A stretch of 64,000 bases of DNA from Blastocatellia bacterium NZW_1522 (GTDB taxonomy: Bacteria; Acidobacteriota; Blastocatellia; Chloracidobacteriales; Chloracidobacteriaceae): the NCBI GenBank assembly GCA_039793685.1, contig JBDRAL010000032.1:46193-110192 (forward strand), given 5' to 3'. How positions within the stretch are numbered: the first letter of the stretch is position 1; every line of letters begins with the position of its first letter. Positions 1 to 7,633 of the stretch are shown here, piece after piece. Both the position numbers and the translations under genes were made by a program. Below the pieces are notes generated by a model. The model saw only the letters and a list, made by a program, of their open reading frames with translations. It was not told where the DNA came from and ran no database searches.

Positions 1-1387
1 CTGCTTCACGCAGAAATGTGGTGACCCGAGGCTTGTAAATCAAATCGTAAACCCATTGCAAGCCGACCAACTTCTCTGGCGAGACGGGGGATTCCTCTGA
101 AAACCCGCGCATCCCGACGGGCGTCGTGTTGACCAGTCCGTCAAAGCCGCCGCCGTCGAACGTTTCCTGTTGAAAAACGTCCACGCCGAATTTTTCGCCG
201 AATGATTTCGCCTTTTCCACATCACGGACAAACGCCGTCACCCGCGCGCCGCGTTCGGTCAGCCCGCGGACGACCGAATGCGCCGCGCCGCCCGCGCCCA
301 GTACGGCCACGCGCGCACCCGCGAGTGTTGTCATTGATTCGAGCGGAATCATCGCGCCGTCGATGTCGGTGTTGTGGCCGACGAGTTCGTCGCCTTCGAC
401 GATGATCGTGTTCACCGCGCCGACCGCCTCCGCCGTCGGCGTCAGCCGGTCGAGAAACTTCATCACCGAAATCTTGTGTGGAATCGTCACGCTGTACCCG
501 CCGACGCGCCACGGAACACATTTCGTTTTCGGATGGACGAAATCGCGGATGAAGGTTTCGAGGTCCGCGCCGTCGGATTGAACTTCCACCGGGACGTACA
601 CCCAGTCCAGCCCGGTCGCCCGAAAGGCCGCGTTGTGGATGAACTTTGAAATCGAATGATTGACCGGATTGCCGATGATGCCCGCGACGGTCGTTGCGGG
701 TGACGTGGCCCCTACCCGAAAGAGGTTTCGCAGTTCATCGGCGGAAAACTGGCCCGGCGCGGAGGGCGTGCCGTCCATCGCGGCTGAGTAGGTGAGCGTC
801 GCGCGGTGGGCCGGCCCCAGCGTACGCGTCAGCGACCCCGGCATGCCCATGCCGATGACGATCGGTTCGCGGCCTTCGGTTTTGAACCGTTCAAGTTGTT
901 CGAACAGCCGCCGCGTGTCGCTTGTATTGTTGACCCTGGTGGCGAGCTTTACCCGCCGCGCGTCGGCGGGGAAGGTATCTCGGCAGAAATCGGCGAGATG
1001 GTCCGGGGTTTTTTCGAAATCGTGGCGTGAAACGATGATTTTTTCCCGCGCGGGATGATCGTCGGGAAGCGCGGCGATGATGGAGGGATACAGATCGAAT
1101 TCGATGTCGAACGCCCACGCGTCGAGATTGACCGCCGCGCGCCAGAACGCCTCGCGCGTTTCAATCGACAGTTCGCGCGCTCCGCCCTGTTCCTTCGGAC
1201 GAAACGTCAGCAACACCGGCTTGGGCGCGGCGGCCAGTACCGGCGCGAGCGCGGGCAGGGGATTGTGCGGGTCGAGGTCGGCGAGATGGTCGAGCCGGAG
1301 TTCAATCCGGTCGGCGACCTCGGCGGCGGCAACCATCGAGGGAATCAGTTCGGCTGTAAGGGGGGAGAGTACGGGGGTGCAGATCAT
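1..1387 (-). CDS. aroDE: Bifunctional type I 3-dehydroquinate dehydratase / shikimate 5-dehydrogenase; 3' end runs off the window
   Basis: Absent from ORF track because it is open at the window edge. Own translation from ATG 1387-1385 gives MICTPVLSPLTAELIPSMVAAAEVADRIELRLDHL (DHQase-I N-terminus). Later motifs are GIIGNPVNHSISKFIHNAAFRATGLDWVYVPVEV (AroE) and VAVLGAGGAAHSVV (Rossmann). Confidence 0.85.
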   Translation of the reverse strand, partial: MICTPVLSPLTAELIPSMVAAAEVADRIELRLDHLADLDPHNPLPALAPVLAAAPKPVLLTFRPKEQGGARELSIETREAFWRAAVNLDAWAFDIEFDLYPSIIAALPDDHPAREKIIVSRHDFEKTPDHLADFCRDTFPADARRVKLATRVNNTSDTRRLFEQLERFKTEGREPIVIGMGMPGSLTRTLGPAHRATLTYSAAMDGTPSAPGQFSADELRNLFRVGATSPATTVAGIIGNPVNHSISKFIHNAAFRATGLDWVYVPVEVQSDGADLETFIRDFVHPKTKCVPWRVGGYSVTIPHKISVMKFLDRLTPTAEAVGAVNTIIVEGDELVGHNTDIDGAMIPLESMTTLAGARVAVLGAGGAAHSVVRGLTERGARVTAFVRDVEKAKSFGEKFGVDVFQQETFDGGGFDGLVNTTPVGMRGFSEESPVSPEKLVGLQWVYDLIYKPRVTTFLREA

Positions 1388-2184
1388 TAGGTGATCTTAT
1401 ATTTTCTAGATCTTACGTATTCAATTGAATTGTAGTCTTCTGTTTTGTTGAATCGGTACTCTAGGATATTATAGGTACCATTCCTGAAGTAGAAAAAAAC
1501 TGAATGGATTGTTTTTTTATTTTTTGTTTTAGAAAGCCAAAGGCGAAATGGGTAGTAAAGCTGTCGGATTAAGAAGTTATTTTGATGCTGGCTTTTTGCT
1601 TCAACTAATATAATTCTTTCCTCTCCTTCAAAACCAGCATCAACCTCAGTTTGGACTCCAGAAGCATTTAAAATTACTTCACCTACTTTAAATTTAAATT
1701 CACTTGTTCTTTTTTTTCCTCTGAAAGTGAGCATTAAAGAATTATCACCGAAAAAATCAGAAAGAGCCCCAGAGTGAAAAAAATAATCCAAGTGTTCCGA
1801 TTCAGTTTTTCGATCTTTCAAGGTTAATAAATCAAAAGGTATTTTTGAAGTATGTTCTACTACTGGTTCATCCTTATTTTCTTCTATTGGGAAATATCCT
1901 TGCCCTTGGACTAAAGCATATTTTCCGTTTTCAATAGGTAAAATAAATAAATTATACTTAGCCAGTATCTTTGGTAGCTTAGTTGAATTATCCAAATAGC
2001 AAACTAAGCGTGGCTCGAGTTTGTTTCCCTCCTTCTCCGTAATACTTTTGATTTCATTGGCATCTATAATAAAAGGCTTACTTTTGAAGTCATGCTTTCT
2101 CAGTTCGAATTTTTCAAAAATAATATTCCAAGCCCAGTTAGTTAGGGTTTCTTCTGACTTTTCCATAAACATTACCATTCTCAA
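1387..2184 (-). CDS. Hypothetical PD-(D/E)XK-like protein, putative restriction endonuclease or subunit
   Basis: 265-aa ORF, last gene of the R-M operon. VDAGFEGEERIILVEAK fits a D...E-x-K nuclease core. About 35 % GC. The track start 2184 is TTG; in-frame ATGs lie at 2178, 2172 and 2166. Confidence 0.45.
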   Translation of the reverse strand: MRMVMFMEKSEETLTNWAWNIIFEKFELRKHDFKSKPFIIDANEIKSITEKEGNKLEPRLVCYLDNSTKLPKILAKYNLFILPIENGKYALVQGQGYFPIEENKDEPVVEHTSKIPFDLLTLKDRKTESEHLDYFFHSGALSDFFGDNSLMLTFRGKKRTSEFKFKVGEVILNASGVQTEVDAGFEGEERIILVEAKSQHQNNFLIRQLYYPFRLWLSKTKNKKTIHSVFFYFRNGTYNILEYRFNKTEDYNSIEYVRSRKYKIT

Positions 2185-2187
2185 TCT

Positions 2188-2721
2188 TTATTCTGGTAAC
2201 CCTAGCCAAGAGAGTGGTAGAGAGTTAAATCTGTAATGACAGTTCATGCTGTTAATGTAGTCCAAAACATCTTTGTATTTTGGATCTTTGAACCAATCAT
2301 TCAGGACATAAACATACTCGACTTTAATTCCAAGCAAGGCAACTAGCTTTGAGTATTGTTTCCTTTTGAAATCGCAAGTCTGGAGTTTTTCATCTACTGA
2401 GCCTTCGACTTCCTGGTATTTCACCTCGATGATGAAAAGCGTTTCTCTGACAATGACCAACAGGGCGTCGTCGGGAAGTAGTCTTCTTGAGATGATGCTT
2501 TGCCAGTGAACGCCTTCTTCCTCAAGAAATCCGTAAAACTCGCTTTTCCGAAAGCATCTGGCCACGCAGTCACCATGGAAGAAGATGCCCAGTCCCGCCT
2601 TGCCGAAAATTGGTTTCAGCGAATACCCCGGTATGGCTTCGAGAAGTTTTCGAAGGTCGGTCTTTTTTTCAAAAGCCAATCCGGTCAGCGTATTGGCCCC
2701 TCCGGTTCCGCCTGCTTTCAT
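2188..2721 (-). CDS. Small PD-(D/E)XK nuclease, possibly related to the catalytic half of DpnII/MboI-family endonucleases
   Basis: 177-aa ORF. GGANTLTGLAFEKK, LPDDALLV and LFIIEVKYQEVEGSVDEK resemble, from memory, the NRTGxxxE and IEV-x-FY-x-GSGSK-x-x-E blocks of R.DpnII. Its ATG overlaps the upstream methylase stop (ATGA). Confidence 0.45.
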   Translation of the reverse strand: MKAGGTGGANTLTGLAFEKKTDLRKLLEAIPGYSLKPIFGKAGLGIFFHGDCVARCFRKSEFYGFLEEEGVHWQSIISRRLLPDDALLVIVRETLFIIEVKYQEVEGSVDEKLQTCDFKRKQYSKLVALLGIKVEYVYVLNDWFKDPKYKDVLDYINSMNCHYRFNSLPLSWLGLPE

Positions 2722-3632
2722 TCTTGTGCCTCGCTTTGAAGTAAGGGTTGTTTCGCCGTTTCTCCTCGGAGCCGGTCAACAGCAAGTTTCAAAAATTCCC
2801 TTTCCAGATCAAATCCGACGAACCTCCGGCCCAGTCTGGCGCAGACGACGCCGGTCGTACCGCTGCCGCAAAACGGGTCGAGGACCAAATCATTCGGTTG
2901 CGAAGAAGCGAGCAGAATTCGTTCCAGAACCGCTTCCGGTTTCTGCGTCGGATGTTTCCCGAAACGTTTTTCGTCCTGACCTGCCGGTTTGATGTGCCAC
3001 AATGATTGCATCTGCTTGCCGTTGTTCAGCCGTTTCATTTCCTCATAGTCGAAGTAATGGCGTCCTTTGGCGTCACGCTTGGCCCAGATGATTGTCTCGG
3101 TCGCGTGCGTAAAGTAGCGGCATGACAAATTCGGCGGCGGGTTGACCTTAAACCACGCAATGTCGTTCAACACCTTGAATTCGAGCGACTGGAGGGCGAA
3201 TCCGACGCTGTAAATGTTGTGCGATGTGCCGCTAATCCAGATCGTCCCGTTCGGTTTGAGAAGCCGTTTGCATTCCTTCAGCCATTTCAGATTGAAAGCG
3301 TGCATTTCTTCAAAACTCGCGGCTTTGTCCCAATCGCCCTTGTTGACGCTGACCATTTTCCCGGCTTGGCAGGTGATTCCGCCGTTGGAAAGGAAATACG
3401 GCGGGTCGGCGAAAATCAGATCGAAGGATTCTGACTTTGCCTGCGGAAGAAGTTCGAGTGAATCTCCGTGGTAAAGCCGGATGCCGCGGGATGGGTCGGC
3501 GAAAAACGGTTCGGGTTTGGACGGCGCTTGGGCCAGACCGGTTTCCGACATGGCGTTGATGCCCTCGTCAAAATCAGGATCGGAAAAGTCGAAGAACCCT
3601 TCCTGTTTTGAGTTGAGCAATTCGCGGGCCAA
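2718..3632 (-). CDS. Beta-class DNA N6-adenine methyltransferase, DpnA / M.MboIB-like
   Basis: IFADPPYFLSNGG...VSVNKGDWDK...NLSCRYFTHATETIIWA...GKHPTQKPEAVLERIL...LDPFCGSGTTGVV is collinear with DpnA as I recall it. TTG start is preceded by AGGAA 7 nt upstream. Confidence 0.85.
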   Translation of the reverse strand: MARELLNSKQEGFFDFSDPDFDEGINAMSETGLAQAPSKPEPFFADPSRGIRLYHGDSLELLPQAKSESFDLIFADPPYFLSNGGITCQAGKMVSVNKGDWDKAASFEEMHAFNLKWLKECKRLLKPNGTIWISGTSHNIYSVGFALQSLEFKVLNDIAWFKVNPPPNLSCRYFTHATETIIWAKRDAKGRHYFDYEEMKRLNNGKQMQSLWHIKPAGQDEKRFGKHPTQKPEAVLERILLASSQPNDLVLDPFCGSGTTGVVCARLGRRFVGFDLEREFLKLAVDRLRGETAKQPLLQSEAQE

Positions 3633-3641
3633 AGTTGTTTC

Positions 3642-4511
3642 CTATTCGAGTCCCTTTGTCGCCAGAACCTCGCGCGCGGCGGATCGATCCCCCGTGCAAC
3701 TGATTCGGCGCGGTGCGTCGAAATATTCGAGATGAAATCCGAGATCGCCGTAAAGCTTTATGATTCTTTCAGTTGCCTGATTTGAAAGAACCACCGGTCC
3801 GTTATGACGACTGAGCCATTCAGCGGCGCGTACTTGAGCTTCCCACGAAAAACCACCGGCGGAATATGACGTGAAATCCACGTCGTAGGGTGGGTCGGCG
3901 TAGATGAAGTCGTCCGGCTCTACGGGAATTTTCTCGAAATCGCCCTGTGTGAACGTCCATTCCTTCAGGACAGAGCGGTAACTATAAAATTCTTTAACGT
4001 AATTTATCGTTTTATAACGTCCGAAGGGGACGTTGAATTCTCCGCTCCGGTTGAAACGACACAGGCCGTTAAAGCAGGTCCGATTGAGGTAGTAGAAAAG
4101 TTGCGCCGCCTCGGGGGTCTGAAAGTTCCCGGTTCGAATCAGTTCATTGAACCGGTCTCGGTTTTCGCCGAAGGCGGTTACATCATTTTTTAGCTCCAGC
4201 GTGATTTCCAAGCCCTGCTGCAACTGTTTGTAGAAATTGATCAGATGCGGGTTGAAGTCGTTCAACAGGGCATTCGTTGGACGAAGCCCGAGTGCAACGC
4301 CGAGTCCGCCGCAAAAAGGTTCCACCAGTCTCCGGTTTGAAAACGGCTCCCAGATTTTGAGGAGCGTTGGAACGAGCCAGCGCTTCCCGCCCGCCCATTT
4401 AAGGGGCGGCGTGAGCGTTGTCTTTTCTTCCACCCGCTTTTGAATTGGCTCGAAAGCAAAAAGCGGAATCTGGACTTTCGGTTGTGACCGACGGAGAGCG
4501 GTTTGGGGCAT
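3642..4511 (-). CDS. dam: Dam-family (alpha-class) DNA adenine methyltransferase, DpnM-like, probably GATC-specific
   Basis: LKWAGGKRWL, EPFCGGLGV, NDFNPHLINFYKQL, FNGLCRFN...FNVPFGRYK and DFIYADPPYD are all present. Confidence 0.88.
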   Translation of the reverse strand: MPQTALRRSQPKVQIPLFAFEPIQKRVEEKTTLTPPLKWAGGKRWLVPTLLKIWEPFSNRRLVEPFCGGLGVALGLRPTNALLNDFNPHLINFYKQLQQGLEITLELKNDVTAFGENRDRFNELIRTGNFQTPEAAQLFYYLNRTCFNGLCRFNRSGEFNVPFGRYKTINYVKEFYSYRSVLKEWTFTQGDFEKIPVEPDDFIYADPPYDVDFTSYSAGGFSWEAQVRAAEWLSRHNGPVVLSNQATERIIKLYGDLGFHLEYFDAPRRISCTGDRSAAREVLATKGLE

Positions 4512-4516
4512 TGGGC

Positions 4517-4750
4517 CTACTTTTGAGTTTCTTCGTTCTCTGGAACTCGTCGAAAGAGTTCGCTCGCATCCACATCAAGAACCGTACAGAGCTTGTCTAT
4601 CGTTTCAATGGAGATTTGTTTGAAGGTCCCATTGAAAAGGCGAGAGGCAACGGACGGGTAGAGGTCCAAAGCCTTTTGAAGTTGGTACGCAGTTGTGATG
4701 CCGCGCGATTCTGCTACTTCCCGGATTCGAACTTCAATCATTTGGCGCAC
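4517..4750 (-). CDS. XRE-family helix-turn-helix protein, candidate R-M controller (C) protein
   Basis: 77 aa. AESRGITTAYQLQKALDLYPSVASRLFNG is a typical HTH_3. First gene of the operon, 5 nt before dam. Start is GTG 4750 or ATG 4741. Confidence 0.7.
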   Translation of the reverse strand: MRQMIEVRIREVAESRGITTAYQLQKALDLYPSVASRLFNGTFKQISIETIDKLCTVLDVDASELFRRVPENEETQK

Positions 4751-4832
4751 CAGTTAGGAAATTATTACTTTAAAAATAATAACAATGAAGGTAGAATCGG
4801 ATTGACGGAACAAAAAGAAGGGCACAAAAAAT

Positions 4833-5183
4833 ATGTCCGACAAGACTCCCTTTTACCTTACCCAAGCTTTCGCCGAAAGACTCCGGTTTCACGAGGAAAA
4901 CCGACAATCTCAAAAAAAGGTTGAATCAGACTCGCGGGAGGACTGGATAAACCGACTTCGGGCAATTTCACTCGAATTGGAAGACCCCGCTCGGACTTTT
5001 CCAGAAAATATTCTTTGTCCAGGATGGGACTGGATCGAAGCAAATGATTGCACCCAAGGAAAACTGATTCGCGAGGCGGCTGGCGCAATCAACAATGATC
5101 TTCCGCCCGATGAAGGTGTCTGGATTTCTCGGAAAGCTGTGGCTGCACTGCTTCACTATGTTGCCGATATGTACGACGAGTAA
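4833..5183 (+). CDS. Hypothetical protein, divergent from the R-M operon
   Basis: 116-aa ATG ORF with GAAGGG upstream and intermediate GC. No motif recognised. Confidence 0.5.
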   Translation: MSDKTPFYLTQAFAERLRFHEENRQSQKKVESDSREDWINRLRAISLELEDPARTFPENILCPGWDWIEANDCTQGKLIREAAGAINNDLPPDEGVWISRKAVAALLHYVADMYDE

Positions 5184-5239
5184 AAAATTCACCGAAAGAA
5201 ACTTTCGTGATTGTTTGTCGTCCCAACCCCGTCATATCT

Positions 5240-5590
5240 GATCCCAAGGGCGTTGAATCCGGTTCCAGGGTCGGCAAATCCGGTTCCAGGGCCGTTGAAT
5301 TTGGTTCCAAGGTCGTTGAATGTCACTCAAGGTCCGCTCAATGCCACCCATAACCCGTTCAAACTCACTCATTGGGTTCTCAAACTCACTCATCGCCCGC
5401 TCAAAGTCACTCATTGGGTTCTCAAAGTCACTCATAACCTGTTCAAACTTACTCAGGACCCGTTCAGCGTCACTCATTGGTCGTTCAACATCACTCAGGA
5501 CCCGCTCAAACTCACTCATCGGGTTCTCAAACCGACTCAGGAGCCGATTTGGGGCACGCATTGACCGTTCAAACTCGCTCAGCGAATGCA
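5240..5590. repeat. Tandem array of 16 full plus 1 partial 21-bp units
   Basis: Units are phased exactly at 5240, 5261, 5282 ... 5555, 5576. Four are ggttccagggNcgttgaatNN-type units, followed by cactcatNNNNcgYtcaaact-type units. Three reading frames are open (5211..5564 +, 5320..5604 +, 5232..5591 -). The longest ORFs start with TTG or GTG and lack a Shine-Dalgarno. Confidence 0.9.
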
Positions 5591-5610
5591 CAGGCGGACG
5601 TTGAGGCCGT

Positions 5611-6504
5611 TTACGTCTTCTTCATAAAGGCCGTGACGACTTCCGCGAGTTCTTCGCCCTTGTCTTCTTGGAGAAAGTGTCCGCCGCCGATGATGGTCGT
5701 ATGTTCCACGTCGCGCGCGCCGGGAATCAGCTTCTGAAAGATGGCGTCGCCGCCCCGCGTAATCGGGTCGCTGTCGCTGAAGGCCGTCAAAAACGGCTTT
5801 TCCCACCGTTTCAGCACTTCCCACGCGCGCCGGTTGGCTTCCGAAGCGGGGTCCGTTGGTTCGACCGGGACGAGCGTCGGAAAGGCCCGCGCGCCCGCCT
5901 TGTAGGATTCGTCGGGATAGGGCGCGTCGTACGCCGCGACCACGTCCGGCGGAAGTTCCGTCACCGTCGCGCGCTGGAGAATCAGCCCCGTCGGGAATTC
6001 CGGGACGGTTTGCGAAAACTCACGCCATTTGAAAAAGGCGTCCGGGGGCCGGAAATCGCCGGTTGGCAGGAAGGTGTTCGCCGCCGCGATGCGGGCGAAG
6101 CGGTCGGGGACTTCGCAGGCGAGCCGGATGCCGAGGAGTCCGCCCCAGTCCTGGCAGACGAGGGTGAGGTTTTTCAAATCGAGTTTTTCGACGAAGGCAT
6201 GGAGCGTGTCCATGTGGAACTGGTAGCTGTAATCGCCGCGATTGACCGGTTTGTCGGAGCGTCCGAAGCCGATCAGGTCGGGGGCGACGGCGCGGAAGCC
6301 TTCGCGGACGAATACCGGAATCATCTTTCGGTACAAAAAGCTCCACGACGGCTCGCCGTGCAGCATCAGGACGGTTTCTGGCGCGTCACACGGGCCAGCG
6401 TCAACGTAGTGCATCCGCAAGCCGTTCACGTTGAGGTAGTTGGGTTCGAAAGGGAAGTCGGGAAGGTTGGCGAAGCGGTCGTCGGACGTCCGGAGAAATT
6501 CCAT
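5611..6504 (-). CDS. Haloalkane dehalogenase (DhlA-like alpha/beta hydrolase)
   Basis: DDRFANLPDFPFEPNYL...MHYVDAGP...LHGEPSWSFLYRKMIPVF...DLIGFGRSDKP...CQDWGG is closely collinear with Xanthobacter DhlA as recalled. Confidence 0.85.
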   Translation of the reverse strand: MEFLRTSDDRFANLPDFPFEPNYLNVNGLRMHYVDAGPCDAPETVLMLHGEPSWSFLYRKMIPVFVREGFRAVAPDLIGFGRSDKPVNRGDYSYQFHMDTLHAFVEKLDLKNLTLVCQDWGGLLGIRLACEVPDRFARIAAANTFLPTGDFRPPDAFFKWREFSQTVPEFPTGLILQRATVTELPPDVVAAYDAPYPDESYKAGARAFPTLVPVEPTDPASEANRRAWEVLKRWEKPFLTAFSDSDPITRGGDAIFQKLIPGARDVEHTTIIGGGHFLQEDKGEELAEVVTAFMKKT

Positions 6505-6548
6505 GATGGCCTCACGTCGGAAAATGGGGTTGAGCGGCGCGTGTGGTT

Positions 6549-6597
6549 ATAAAACAAAAGCGGCGACGCCCGTATTCCAAATACGTCGCGTCGCCGC
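6549..6597 (-). terminator. Rho-independent terminator after the PG-binding gene
   Basis: Perfect 10-bp stem GCGGCGACGC / GCGTCGCCGC (6560-6569 / 6588-6597). T-rich tracts on both sides: TTTTGTTTTAT on the minus strand and AATTTTTT on the plus strand. Confidence 0.55.
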
Positions 6598-6630
6598 AAT
6601 TTTTTCCGCCGGGGCGGGTGACTCTGAACG

Positions 6631-7428
6631 TTACTGGTTGGGCGTTCCGTCCGGCTGGCTCGGCGGGGGAGGCGTCACGCTCGGCGCGGAGGTGTCGCCC
6701 GCTTCCGATTTGTGCTTGGTCAGCCCCAGTTTGAGCAGCGCGGGCGCGGTCGGCATGCCGGTGTCCTTGATGCCGTTGGCGCGTTGGAAACTCCGCATCG
6801 CCTCGCGGGTGGCGTCATCGTAATTGCCGGTGACTTCGCCCTGATAGTAGCCCGCGTTCTTTAGCGCGGCCTGGATTTCACGGGCGCGTTCCTCGGGAAT
6901 GACCGGCCTTCCAATCGGCTTGCGCGGAATTGGGGCTGAGGCCACCGCACCGGTTGAGCCGGTGGAAGTACGGGATGGGGTGTAGGTGTCGCGACGAGTC
7001 CGGCGTCCGCCGCGATGATGGCGACGGCTACCGCCAACGACGATCCGGCGCTTGTAAATCCGGCCGTTGCGGCCCCGGACCTTCTTGATGATCACGCGGC
7101 GACGTCCACCGCGACCACTTCGTCCGTGACGTCCGCGCCGCCCGTGGCGTCCACCGCGAACATGGCCCCGCCGTCCGTGACGGCCGCCGCGCACGACGCG
7201 GCCGCGATTGCGACCGCGTCGGCCGCGGGCGGATTTTCCGCGATTGCGTCCGCGTCCGCGTTTCCGGGCCGCTTTTCCTCGCTTGACCTTCCGTTTCTGA
7301 GCGCTCCGGCCCCGACGTGGTTTGGCTTCCGCCTCCATTGCGCCGAATTCGGGCAAACCCGCGAACAACACCAGCGCAATGACAACCAAGGCCACCTTCG
7401 CGCCGAACATTCGGAACAAACGATTCAT
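6631..7428 (-). CDS. Secreted peptidoglycan-binding-domain protein with a very long Arg/Gly-rich region
   Basis: Signal-like N-terminus MNRLFRMFGAKVALVVIALVLFAG. About 110 aa of RGR/RGG/GRHGRR low complexity. C-terminal PG_binding_1-like AALKNAGYYQGEVTGNYDDATREAMRSFQRANGIKDTG. Confidence 0.7.
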   Translation of the reverse strand: MNRLFRMFGAKVALVVIALVLFAGLPEFGAMEAEAKPRRGRSAQKRKVKRGKAARKRGRGRNRGKSARGRRGRNRGRVVRGGRHGRRGHVRGGRHGRRGRHGRSGRGGRRRVIIKKVRGRNGRIYKRRIVVGGSRRHHRGGRRTRRDTYTPSRTSTGSTGAVASAPIPRKPIGRPVIPEERAREIQAALKNAGYYQGEVTGNYDDATREAMRSFQRANGIKDTGMPTAPALLKLGLTKHKSEAGDTSAPSVTPPPPSQPDGTPNQ

Positions 7429-7448
7429 AAAAATCCTCCAACGATGAT

Positions 7449-7580
7449 GTTTCGACGGGAAGCGGTTAGTCGTTAGCAGTTAGTAGTTAGTCATTGGTGG
7501 TTAGTAAAAATGCTGAAATTCCCACTAACACCACTATCTACTAACTGCTATCTACTAACTACTTCCCCCAAGGTCGAACG
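7449..7580. repeat. Imperfect palindrome with arms made of tandem heptamers (GTTAGTN)
   Basis: Left arm 7465-7506 is GTTAGTC GTTAGCA GTTAGTA GTTAGTC ATTGGTG GTTAGTA. Right arm 7524-7563 is the near reverse complement. Outer ttcgacgggaag / cttccccc..gtcgaa also pair. Confidence 0.8.
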
Positions 7581-7633
7581 CCTGACTTTATCGCATTTCC
7601 GCCGCATTTTGGAATCCGGCGGTTTCTTCTGAT

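Larger units (their letters stand above)
1388..5600. mobile_element. Low-GC genomic island carrying a type II R-M operon; no integrase or transposase
   Basis: Sharp composition break. The 60-nt lines at 1441 and 1861 have 20 and 22 G+C, lines at 3001 and 3901 have 26 and 30, and the flanking line at 1261 has 39. The content is restriction-modification genes. Confidence 0.6.

Noticed and set aside
1361-1366. Apparent frameshift in a C/G homopolymer near the aroDE 5' end
   Set aside because: This was my first-pass miscount. The run is six G (1360-1365), and the frame from ATG 1387 is continuous (MICTPVLSPLTAEL...).
5240-5590. The 21-bp array as a CRISPR locus
   Set aside because: Units are contiguous with no unique spacers. 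The period of 21 bp is too short. No cas genes or leader are present.
1388-5600. Integrase, transposase, att-type direct repeats or a tRNA target for the R-M island
   Set aside because: None was found by reading both junctions and all ORFs. The only tRNA is 36 kb away. The island is therefore called only from composition and content.
5668-6552. Long antisense ORFs opposite real genes. Examples: 5668..6552 +, 19412..21064 +, 23501..24772 +, 26326..27228 +, 36149..37390 +, 40268..41638 +, 44717..45742 -, 48925..50283 -, 55970..57178 -, 62621..63757 +.
   Set aside because: These are typical high-GC shadow ORFs. Their translations are Arg/Gly/Ala/Pro-rich low complexity without motifs. Each fully overlaps an ORF with clear family signatures on the other strand.
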